Of a DNA stretch of 64,000 bases, positions 56,371 to 64,000 are shown in pieces (position 1 is the first letter of the stretch; each line of letters opens with the position of its first letter). The stretch is from a virus. The notes under the pieces were generated by a model. That model made no database searches, was not told the origin of the DNA, and saw only the letters and a program-made list of their open reading frames with translations. The stretch covers positions 2,574 to 66,573 of the IMG/VR virus record IMGVR_UViG_3300036398_004744; one strand, written 5' to 3'. The position numbers and the translations under genes were made by a program.

Positions 56371-57579
56371 ATGCCTAATGATTGTATTGATCTGTCGGCC
56401 GTACAGAATTTCGCGGCCAAGGACGTCAACCGTATTGTCGGCCAGATCGCAAAGGTCCTGGCTCGCAAGAGTCCGTATATGAACGTCCTCAAGGGCGGAA
56501 CCATTCCGAACGTCTCGGATGTCGTCCGCTCAGTCGTGCAGGAACGCGCCGTGATGAACGCATCGCTCTCAGAGCCCTCGTTCACCAACGACGTCGAACT
56601 CTGCGGTGTCGGCGCCGACCCGGATGAAGTCGGCTCGACCGAATACCAATATCAGCTGCAGTCCCTCCGTGGCCGCGGTCCTCGCGTCTGCGTGAAGACC
56701 AGTCGCACCGCGTTCAAGGGAGCCTATCTCCAGGCCCAGATGGCCCTGGAAAAAGGAATCCTGCAGATCATGAACTCCGACATCCGCGCCACGCTCCTGC
56801 GTCGCTCCGGTGTCAAGTTCGTCGCCAAGAAGGGCGTCTCCTTTGACAATCTTGTCACCGGCGATTCTCAGCAGATCGACACTCCGTTCTACAACTCGCT
56901 GCCCGACGCACAGATGAACTTCCGCACGCTCTACAAGCTCGGAACTCTCCTGCGCGAGGATCTCCTCGCGGAGCCCTTCGGCACCGAGCGTGGTGACTTC
57001 TTCATGGTGATCGCATCGATCGACCAGATCGAAGCCTTCCGCAACGATGCAGACGTCAAGGAAGACCTGCTCTACGTCACGGCCGGTTCGTTCCGCCTCG
57101 GCAATGAGGCCCTCACGGGCTATTCGTTCCAGGGGTATCGCGGATTCGCCCTTGGCGTCGACAGTCAGCCTCTCCGCTTCAACGCCCTCAACGGTTCTGG
57201 TCAGCCCATCCTGATCGAGCCCGAGATTGGCGTGTCCGTCACCAACGGCAAGGGTTCTCGTCGCAACCCCGCGTGGGTCTCGGCGCAGTATGAGATCGGC
57301 TTCCTCGTTGCCGGCGACAGCTTCTCGCGGCTCACGCCCGAGCGCTACACCGGCGAGGGATCGTTCAAGTTTGCGCCTCAGCTCCACATGGGCGAGCTCG
57401 AATGGGTCGCGCAGCGTGACAACGACTGCAACCTGTTCCTCGACTACGGGCAGCACATCTACCAGATCAGCCGGGCATACCAGCCGATCCGGCCGCATGC
57501 CGTGGTGCCTTTCGCCTACAAGCGCTGCACCTTCGACACCGGCCTTGAGACCTGCTTGACCAGTTCAACGGGACTCTAA
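56371..57579 (+). CDS. major capsid protein
   Basis: About 402 aa with a long structured leader and a downstream hairpin; position in the head operon and strongly biased codons. Confidence 0.75.
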   Translation: MPNDCIDLSAVQNFAAKDVNRIVGQIAKVLARKSPYMNVLKGGTIPNVSDVVRSVVQERAVMNASLSEPSFTNDVELCGVGADPDEVGSTEYQYQLQSLRGRGPRVCVKTSRTAFKGAYLQAQMALEKGILQIMNSDIRATLLRRSGVKFVAKKGVSFDNLVTGDSQQIDTPFYNSLPDAQMNFRTLYKLGTLLREDLLAEPFGTERGDFFMVIASIDQIEAFRNDADVKEDLLYVTAGSFRLGNEALTGYSFQGYRGFALGVDSQPLRFNALNGSGQPILIEPEIGVSVTNGKGSRRNPAWVSAQYEIGFLVAGDSFSRLTPERYTGEGSFKFAPQLHMGELEWVAQRDNDCNLFLDYGQHIYQISRAYQPIRPHAVVPFAYKRCTFDTGLETCLTSSTGL

Positions 57580-57592
57580 TCTGGTTCGATAC

Positions 57593-57639
57593 ATCGGGGA
57601 GGGGGCCAGCGGGCAATGGTGGGAAGCCCCCTCTCCGAT
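57593..57639 (+). terminator. long-loop hairpin after the capsid gene (terminator or RNA-stabilising stem)
   Basis: ATCGGGGAGGGGGC pairs with GCCCCCTCTCCGAT; no U-tract on the plus strand. Confidence 0.55.
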
Positions 57640-57667
57640 AATCGACCCAGAAAAGAAAACCTGAGAC

Positions 57668-58024
57668 ATGTTCAAGGACTCCAGCCTAGATCCGGCCGTC
57701 TATCTTCCCGGCGCCACGACGCTGCGGGACTATGCGACTGACCTCGAGGGACGAACATCCTTTGTCCGTCGCAGCAACCTCAGGTCTGACAGTCCCCCGA
57801 CCCAGTTCGACGACGCCAATCGAGGTTACCGCCGCGGTTCTGTCTGGCTCCAGGACTACCAGCAGACCCAGATTGTCTGGATGTGCATGGACTCGACGCC
57901 GGGAGATGCCCGCTGGGCGGCCTTTGCCTACGGTCAGGCGCCCCTCACCTTTCCCTTCGACATGGGTTTTGTGGTTGACACGGTCATCATTTTTACATAC
58001 GATCTTGGGGGACTGACCGCATAG
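57668..58024 (+). CDS. virion structural/adaptor protein
   Basis: PT..DD...GY..GSVW...WMC.D.T.G.A.W motif seen in phage fibre-associated proteins. Confidence 0.65.
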   Translation: MFKDSSLDPAVYLPGATTLRDYATDLEGRTSFVRRSNLRSDSPPTQFDDANRGYRRGSVWLQDYQQTQIVWMCMDSTPGDARWAAFAYGQAPLTFPFDMGFVVDTVIIFTYDLGGLTA

Positions 58025-58026
58025 CC

Positions 58027-60468
58027 ATGGCAAACATCCTACAGCTCAGACGCGGCACGACCGCACAGAACGATGCCTTCACCGGCTCAGTCGCCGAGGT
58101 CACTGTGGACACTGACCGCGACAGTCTTCGAGTCCACGACGGCGTGACCGTCGGCGGCAAGGAGATCGCAGACCTCGCCACGGCGATTCCGCTTCTCACC
58201 GACGCGACCACGGTCGGCCCCGCAGATGAGTTTGTTGTCCGTCAGTCTGGCATCGTCAAGAGGGCCACGTCAAACGAGTTTCTTAACGGGACGGGAACGG
58301 TCACTGCCACCGGTAGCACGACCGGGCGAACTCTTGCCACTCGCTTTGCCGACACCATCAACGTCAAAGACTTCGGCGCGATTGGTGATGGTGTGGCTAA
58401 CGATACGGCGGCGATACAGGCCGCCATCACCGCATCTCCCGTTGTCATGTTTCCTGCCGGAAACTATTTGCTGACATCTGCCATTTCTGTTCCAAGCAAC
58501 AGAACCATTATTGGAACATCCGCAAATCTTATATTTGACGGATCTGCGCGTAACTGCGTCACGCTTTCAAGCGTCAGCAACGTGCAGATTGAGGGGCTAA
58601 CAATGACCTCAAGTGCAATTGCTCCAAATAGCACATTCGCGTCAATTAACATTGTTGCTTGCTCTAATGTTTCAATTCGCGAGTGTTCTGCCATTGCGGC
58701 AAATCTTATACGATGCACCAGTTCAGGAGCCAATTATGCCGCCGTGATCGCGGACGAGTCTGATCCTAATTTTAATTGCAGCAGAGATATAAAAATTGTT
58801 GATTGCGAAAGCGCGGGGGCTGGGGCTGTTGGAACGGCCATAAGCGTCAGATATTCAATACGATGGTCTATCAACAACTGCAGAGTCTTCAATTGCAGGC
58901 ATGGCATAGATTTTTGGGGCGGGGACAGCAATCCGGCTGTAAACGGCGCGTTGGTCAACGAGCGCAAGAGTCAACTCGGAGTAATAGCCAACTGTATTGT
59001 TCATAACGCGAGTCTAGGAGGCATTTGGGGATCAATGGGACAAAATATCAGCATCACAGGGTGCGTTGTTGAAAATTGCGGCGATGTAGGCATTGATTTT
59101 GAGGGCTGCTTTGACTGCTCTGCCACTGGCAATAGCGTTTACAATGCAACTAATGGTGGATTGACTATTTTCTTCCTAAACAGAAACATCACGTTTTCTG
59201 GTAATTCTGTTGTGCAACCAGCAGAACGTCCCTGTCTTCGCGTTTACAATTCGGGACTGAGCGCAGACAACAAGTCGCTTGTCGTTACCGGCAACACGTT
59301 CCGAAGCGAAACAGGCATTTCGGCAGTAGATTGTAACAGCGGCCCAGTCGAGAGCATTGTTGTCGTTGGAAACATTTTTCAAAACGTGCGGCTTGCTCCT
59401 TCTAGTAACAATTCTCGCTATGTGACTGTCAGCGGAAACTCCTTGTTGTTCACGATCAATAGTTTGAATGCCGTCACGGCGGGCACATGCACAATCACCA
59501 TCGCCTCGCCAGCGGTCATTACCAAAACGGCGCACGGGCTGCTGGCCGATACGCCTGTTGTTTTCAGCACAACTGGGGCGCTGCCGACCGGACTGACGGC
59601 GGGCACGATTTACTACGTCCTCTCGTCGGGACTGGGCGCCGATTCATTTGAAGTCAGCACAACGGTCGGCGGATCGGCGGTCAATACAAGCGGGAGCCAA
59701 AGCGGCACGCACACGGTGACAGTAGTTTCCGCCTTTGCGGGCATCTTTGTTAATGCCCTTAACGGCGGAAACGGTGGAAGAAGTTTTATCGGAAACAACA
59801 CGGTCATTTCGACTGCCACGCAGCCAGCAGGATCTCAGGGCATCAGCGTGAGACAAACAGATTTCAACCAGTTTGGAAGACACTTCATCACTGGCAACAT
59901 GATCAACGGGTTTCCCGTCGATATTGAAACTGACAACGCGGGAAGCAACGCCGGAAGATTTGGACGCTTTATCATCACCAACAATTCGCTTGGAACTCCG
60001 TCCTACGTTCGCACCGAAACTGGCGCGGCCAATTCTGTGGTTTTTATCAAAAACAACAATCACAATGGCGAGTATTGGCCAAACGCGGTCCCGACGACCG
60101 GAAGATGGGATGCCGGCACGATTGTCTACGATGACACTCCGTCTGCCGGTGACACGGTCGGATGGGTGTGCGTCACCACCGGTGAGCCCGGGACGTGGCA
60201 AAAATTTGGCGGCATCAATCTATCTGGTTCCGCGACGTTCAATCCTGGCAACCTGATCGACGGCGACGGCGAAACAACTACCGTCACCGTCACTGGAGCC
60301 GCCCTTGGCGACTATGCCGAGGCCAGCTTTTCGCTCGACCTGCAGGGCATCACGGTCACGGCGTGGGTCAGCGCGGCTGACACCGTCAGCGTCCGCTTCC
60401 AGAATGAAACGGGAGGCACCATCAATCTCGGCAGCGGAACTCTCCGCGCCCGTGTTTTCAAACCATGA
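58027..60468 (+). CDS. tailspike 1 (Mtd-N-like anchor plus right-handed beta-helix depolymerase)
   Basis: LQLRRGTT...EVTVDTD...VHDG; NVKDFGAIGDGV.NDTAAIQAA; parallel beta-helix repeats. Confidence 0.85.
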   Translation: MANILQLRRGTTAQNDAFTGSVAEVTVDTDRDSLRVHDGVTVGGKEIADLATAIPLLTDATTVGPADEFVVRQSGIVKRATSNEFLNGTGTVTATGSTTGRTLATRFADTINVKDFGAIGDGVANDTAAIQAAITASPVVMFPAGNYLLTSAISVPSNRTIIGTSANLIFDGSARNCVTLSSVSNVQIEGLTMTSSAIAPNSTFASINIVACSNVSIRECSAIAANLIRCTSSGANYAAVIADESDPNFNCSRDIKIVDCESAGAGAVGTAISVRYSIRWSINNCRVFNCRHGIDFWGGDSNPAVNGALVNERKSQLGVIANCIVHNASLGGIWGSMGQNISITGCVVENCGDVGIDFEGCFDCSATGNSVYNATNGGLTIFFLNRNITFSGNSVVQPAERPCLRVYNSGLSADNKSLVVTGNTFRSETGISAVDCNSGPVESIVVVGNIFQNVRLAPSSNNSRYVTVSGNSLLFTINSLNAVTAGTCTITIASPAVITKTAHGLLADTPVVFSTTGALPTGLTAGTIYYVLSSGLGADSFEVSTTVGGSAVNTSGSQSGTHTVTVVSAFAGIFVNALNGGNGGRSFIGNNTVISTATQPAGSQGISVRQTDFNQFGRHFITGNMINGFPVDIETDNAGSNAGRFGRFIITNNSLGTPSYVRTETGAANSVVFIKNNNHNGEYWPNAVPTTGRWDAGTIVYDDTPSAGDTVGWVCVTTGEPGTWQKFGGINLSGSATFNPGNLIDGDGETTTVTVTGAALGDYAEASFSLDLQGITVTAWVSAADTVSVRFQNETGGTINLGSGTLRARVFKP
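60280..60468 (+). repeat. direct repeat copy 1 (tailspike C-terminus)
   Basis: Closely matches 62759-62947; differences are mostly synonymous. Confidence 0.9.
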
Positions 60469-60484
60469 CCCCATCCCCATTCCA

Positions 60485-62947
60485 ATGCCCATAGCAAGTC
60501 AACTACAGCTAAGACGCGGGACGACCCCGCAGCACGCCGTCTTCACGGGTGCTCCCGGAGAGGTCACCGTCGACACCGACAAGAAGACGACCGTCGTGCA
60601 TGATGGATCGACCGCCGGCGGATTTCCGCTGTCTCGCGAGTCAGTCATTGCGACTGGCTCTGTCACTCGCCGGTCAATCTCCGATCGCCTTGCCGGTATG
60701 CTCAGTCCGAGAGATTTTGGCGCCGTGGGTGATGGCGTGACAGATGATACCGCCGCCTTGCAGGCATTCTTCAGTCATATTGCCACAAATGATGTGGGTG
60801 CGGCCAACGCAAGCGGGACATATCTTGTTTCTGTTGGAATCACATTTGGATCCGATGACGCGGTTATAGCCACGCGCAACATTTATGGCAACATGACCCT
60901 CAATGCCGGAGCGGCCATTGACACCATGTTCACGCTCAATGGATTTCCTCAAGGAACTTGGAGCGGAACCATCACCGTCAACGGGACAGGCAGCACTTCC
61001 TATTCTTCACGAACATGCCGCCGCGGAATCTTGGTAAAACGCTGCAGGGCTGGTTCACTCGATGTCGTCCAAGCCAACAACTTTAGTCAGCACGGAGTTT
61101 ATGTAATTGCCACTTCACCGGACAACAACAACTTCCTTAACATGGGCCGCGTTTCGTGCGTCAACATTGGAAGCGCACATCCCGGCGGATCAAATCTTAC
61201 AGCCAACTGGTCTTCTCCCACCAACAGCGGTTCCGGCAACAGCGGTGGGCAACGCACGACCATTACCGTGGACACGCTGCCGCCAACCACGGTTGGGCCT
61301 AACGGCGAAAGCCCGCTGGCCGTTCGCGTCCGCACTTACACGGGAACCGGAACGTATGACCCGCCAAGTCTGGCTCCGAACTCCAGCGCCACGACAGTTA
61401 TTACCGTCACAGGAGCCGCGCGCGGAGATATTGTATCAGATCTTGAATTCTCTAACGATCTTCAAGGAGTTCAGTTGAGCGGTGTGGTGACAGCAGCGAA
61501 CACTGTGACCGTCACGTTCAGCAATCCTTCAAATGCTACGAACACGGTAAATCTTGCTTCTGGCATTGTGACTGCCTCCATTTACAAAACGCATTATGTC
61601 TACACGGTAGATTCTGTTAACAGCACGCTGGCAGTGTTTCCTTGGATTGACTCAGCCATCACCAGCGGAATCCTCCAATATGTTTTTGGCGCAGGAGTGT
61701 ATGCGACTGGAAACAACGCGAACGTGGTCGGATTTGATCTGATCAACGCGACCCGCTGCTCTGTTGGATTCTGGTCTGACTCAAATTACGGATCCTCTGT
61801 GAGCAGACTTTCTACTCAAGCCTGTCTCGTTGGCATGGCTGTTGGAGGAAATCCTACCAATGTCCACAACAATTTTGTTGTCGGCGCTTATTATTGCGAG
61901 CTAAACAGCTTGGACTTTTTGCGCGTGTCCCGCGTGGATACCAACGGGGGAGTCATTCTGTCCGACTACAACATGAACCTGTTGGCAGTAGATGACACCG
62001 CTGATGCGCGAATTTCCGCGACTGGCGGCAGCGCGCCTTTTTACGGCAACAACGAGGGCAATTTCAAGAGCATGGCCCTGTGCCGACAGGGTTTTTGGAA
62101 CTCATTCGCCCGAAGGGGACTAAACCGCACCGAAACATCTTCGTCGTTGACGCTTTGGATTTGCAACGACGAAGAAACCAGCTTCGCAGAGAAACAAGTT
62201 GTCTATTTCAAAAACAGTTGGACTTTCAACATGCCAGAACCCGATTACGGCGTCAATCGAGCGTTTGGTTATAGCACCGCCACGGTTATTATGCTTGGCA
62301 CTGGCACCAACAACTCCCCGACTGGCTCGTTTGTGTTTGCTCCAACCGGCACATTCAGCGTCAACGGCAGTTCTTATGCCATCACTGGTGACGCCTCGAC
62401 AGACGTTATCACGGCCACAGGTTCATCTTTTGCCAACGGACAGATTGTTCGCCTTATGAATTTGGCGGGGGGCGCTGGATTGAGCGGCACCACAAATTAT
62501 TTTATCAGAGATGTGTCGGGAGACACCTTCAAGGTCGAGACGAGCATAGGCGGTGGGGCGGTTGATTTTACATCAAACATAACAGCCGGAAACGTCAGAA
62601 CTGCGGCTGTTTTCTCTGGATTTACCGGCCCAGCCATCATGCATGTCTATATCGATTGGGCCAATCAGAATTACCTCGTTGTGTGTCCCAATCTTAGTTA
62701 TCAAGGTTCTGCAACCTACAACCCTCCAAACTTGATCGATGGAGCAGGAGATACAACCACTGTCACCGTCACTGGAGCCGCCCTTGGCGACTATGCCGAG
62801 GCCAGCTTCTCTCTTGATCTGCAGGGCATTGCCATCACCGCGTGGGTCAGCGCGGCTGACACCGTCAGCGTGCGCTTCCAGAATGAGACGGGCGGCACCA
62901 TCGATCTCGGCAGCGGCACCCTGAGAGCAAGAGTCTTCAAGCCATGA
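60485..62947 (+). CDS. tailspike 2 (paralogous ends, different central domain)
   Basis: Start MPIASQLQLRRG at 60485; DFGAVGDGVTDDTAALQA; C-terminus nearly identical to tailspike 1. Confidence 0.85.
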   Translation: MPIASQLQLRRGTTPQHAVFTGAPGEVTVDTDKKTTVVHDGSTAGGFPLSRESVIATGSVTRRSISDRLAGMLSPRDFGAVGDGVTDDTAALQAFFSHIATNDVGAANASGTYLVSVGITFGSDDAVIATRNIYGNMTLNAGAAIDTMFTLNGFPQGTWSGTITVNGTGSTSYSSRTCRRGILVKRCRAGSLDVVQANNFSQHGVYVIATSPDNNNFLNMGRVSCVNIGSAHPGGSNLTANWSSPTNSGSGNSGGQRTTITVDTLPPTTVGPNGESPLAVRVRTYTGTGTYDPPSLAPNSSATTVITVTGAARGDIVSDLEFSNDLQGVQLSGVVTAANTVTVTFSNPSNATNTVNLASGIVTASIYKTHYVYTVDSVNSTLAVFPWIDSAITSGILQYVFGAGVYATGNNANVVGFDLINATRCSVGFWSDSNYGSSVSRLSTQACLVGMAVGGNPTNVHNNFVVGAYYCELNSLDFLRVSRVDTNGGVILSDYNMNLLAVDDTADARISATGGSAPFYGNNEGNFKSMALCRQGFWNSFARRGLNRTETSSSLTLWICNDEETSFAEKQVVYFKNSWTFNMPEPDYGVNRAFGYSTATVIMLGTGTNNSPTGSFVFAPTGTFSVNGSSYAITGDASTDVITATGSSFANGQIVRLMNLAGGAGLSGTTNYFIRDVSGDTFKVETSIGGGAVDFTSNITAGNVRTAAVFSGFTGPAIMHVYIDWANQNYLVVCPNLSYQGSATYNPPNLIDGAGDTTTVTVTGAALGDYAEASFSLDLQGIAITAWVSAADTVSVRFQNETGGTIDLGSGTLRARVFKP
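62759..62947 (+). repeat. direct repeat copy 2 (tailspike C-terminus)
   Basis: Closely matches 60280-60468. Confidence 0.9.
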
Positions 62948-63318
62948 CCCGCCTCCTCGCCATATTGACCCTGACTCTGGCCGCCTGTGTCTCGACTCCC
63001 AAGAATCCGGAGCGCGAGGTCGAGCGACAGATCAACGCCTGTCTCCCGGCGGCCATCACGATGCGCGAGGGACTGACCCGGAGTGGCGTGTGGTCTGAGG
63101 TGCTCGTCGTCCACTGGAAAGAAAATCAGAAGCCGCGCGGCCATGCCTATGCCATCTATCTCTATCCCCCTGGAAAGAACCAGCTCTGGGCCTACGACCG
63201 CGACTGGGGCAGCACCCGAGTCCGCGCCTACAGAGACGATCCCCGCGCCGTCGCGTGGGATGCCAACACGACCCGCAACCACCATGGGCCGATCACCTCG
63301 GCCGAATACCTGAAATGA
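62944..63318 (+). CDS. lipoprotein with a putative Cys-His-Asp (transglutaminase/papain-like) triad
   Basis: Lipobox LAAC; NACL, GHAY and AYD motifs. Confidence 0.6.
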   Translation: MTRLLAILTLTLAACVSTPKNPEREVERQINACLPAAITMREGLTRSGVWSEVLVVHWKENQKPRGHAYAIYLYPPGKNQLWAYDRDWGSTRVRAYRDDPRAVAWDANTTRNHHGPITSAEYLK

Positions 63319-63653
63319 TCTTCGAGGCAAAACTCGCGGCCGGGAGCATTCTTGCCGGCGTCACCGGACTCTTCGCCACGAGCACCCCGACATTCGATCT
63401 CGGCTGGCTGAGACCCGTCGTGGAACTCGGGAGTTTCGGGATCATCGCCTTCGCGGCAGTGTATGTCCTCATGAGAGTGGCCCCAGAATTCATCCGACAT
63501 CTTGACAAGTCGCGTGACGCCTTCATCGCAGAACTGCGAGACGAGCGCGTCGTCCGAGAGCGCCACTTCGGGGCCATCAACACCGATCTTCACAACATCG
63601 ACAAGTCCATCCAGTCTCTTGAGAAGTCCGTGACCCAGCACTTCAGGCCATGA
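63315..63653 (+). CDS. membrane protein with C-terminal coiled coil (holin/antiholin-like)
   Basis: Start ATG 63315; two hydrophobic segments. Confidence 0.55.
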   Translation: MIFEAKLAAGSILAGVTGLFATSTPTFDLGWLRPVVELGSFGIIAFAAVYVLMRVAPEFIRHLDKSRDAFIAELRDERVVRERHFGAINTDLHNIDKSIQSLEKSVTQHFRP

Positions 63654-64000
63654 GCGCCCTAGACACCGCCGAATACCGCCGCCTGGCACTCCTGGCGGCC
63701 GGGGTCGACCCGTCTCAGATTCCGGCCATCCTCGACACCGCCACCTGGCGCCGTCTCATGATCGCGGCCCTTGTGGCCATCTCAGAGGGAGGAGGTGGTG
63801 GCGGAGCCGGATACGTCAACGGGTCTGTCCAGTTCTACGCCGATCTCCCGGTCACCGTCGGGACCCCGCCCGTCAACACCGCCTACCTCGTTCGCGAGGA
63901 CTCCGGCGTCTGGTTCATCAACCGGAAGCCCGCCGGCATCTATGTCCGGCTCTTCAACAACGGGACCCTGGCCGACTGGGACTATGCCGGAGAGTTCCCC
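63650..64000 (+). CDS. N-terminal part of a virion fibre-like protein (3' truncated; not in ORF track)
   Basis: MSALDTAEYRRLALL...ILDTATWRR...GGGGGAG...; open to the window end. Confidence 0.65.
   Translation, partial: MSALDTAEYRRLALLAAGVDPSQIPAILDTATWRRLMIAALVAISEGGGGGGAGYVNGSVQFYADLPVTVGTPPVNTAYLVREDSGVWFINRKPAGIYVRLFNNGTLADWDYAGEFP

Larger units (their letters stand above)
1..64000. mobile_element. Tailed bacteriophage genome segment (podovirus-like, probably close to a complete genome)
   Basis: Terminase, portal, capsid, tailspikes, lysis genes and a PolA/primase/helicase module lie in two divergent arms. No host housekeeping genes and no tape-measure protein were seen. Confidence 0.95.

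Noticed and set aside
60280-62947. Diversity-generating retroelement (Mtd-like N-termini plus a repeat pair at the gene ends)
   Set aside because: Differences between the repeats are mainly synonymous rather than adenine-specific, both copies are coding, and no reverse transcriptase is present in the window.

Overview
This window holds most of a GC-rich, podovirus-like tailed bacteriophage genome in two divergent arms. No integrase, repressor, CRISPR array, rRNA or intact tRNA was seen. The plus-strand late arm runs from 45.5 kb to the window end and resumes at 1-27 kb. It carries a RuvC-like nuclease, terminase, portal, scaffold, a glycosyltransferase/FkbM cassette, the major capsid protein, two tailspikes, lysis genes, tail adaptor/nozzle-like proteins, a cluster of putative ejection proteins and a 2751-aa giant protein. 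The minus-strand early/replication arm (45.1 to 27 kb) carries an SF2 helicase, dCMP deaminase, a Cas4-like nuclease, an ACP-like protein, a family A DNA polymerase, a nucleotide-modification cassette, a primase-helicase, DUF932 and DUF2786. Highlights: (1) a candidate new modified-cytosine pathway (Asp-type thymidylate synthase homologue + SAM methyltransferase + kinase + Nudix + UDG-like protein); (2) five 'MGG'-starting putative ejection proteins clustered with a GNAT-like protein and a PP-loop ATPase; (3) an acyl-carrier-protein homologue with Asp in place of the phosphopantetheine Ser; (4) a glycosylation cassette inside the head operon; (5) a family of nearly leaderless promoters sharing a GCWGCCAGC spacer element; (6) repeated 'FMP' linkers in the giant protein; (7) nested domain insertions in the tail proteins. 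All family assignments come from motif recognition by eye; no database searches were run.
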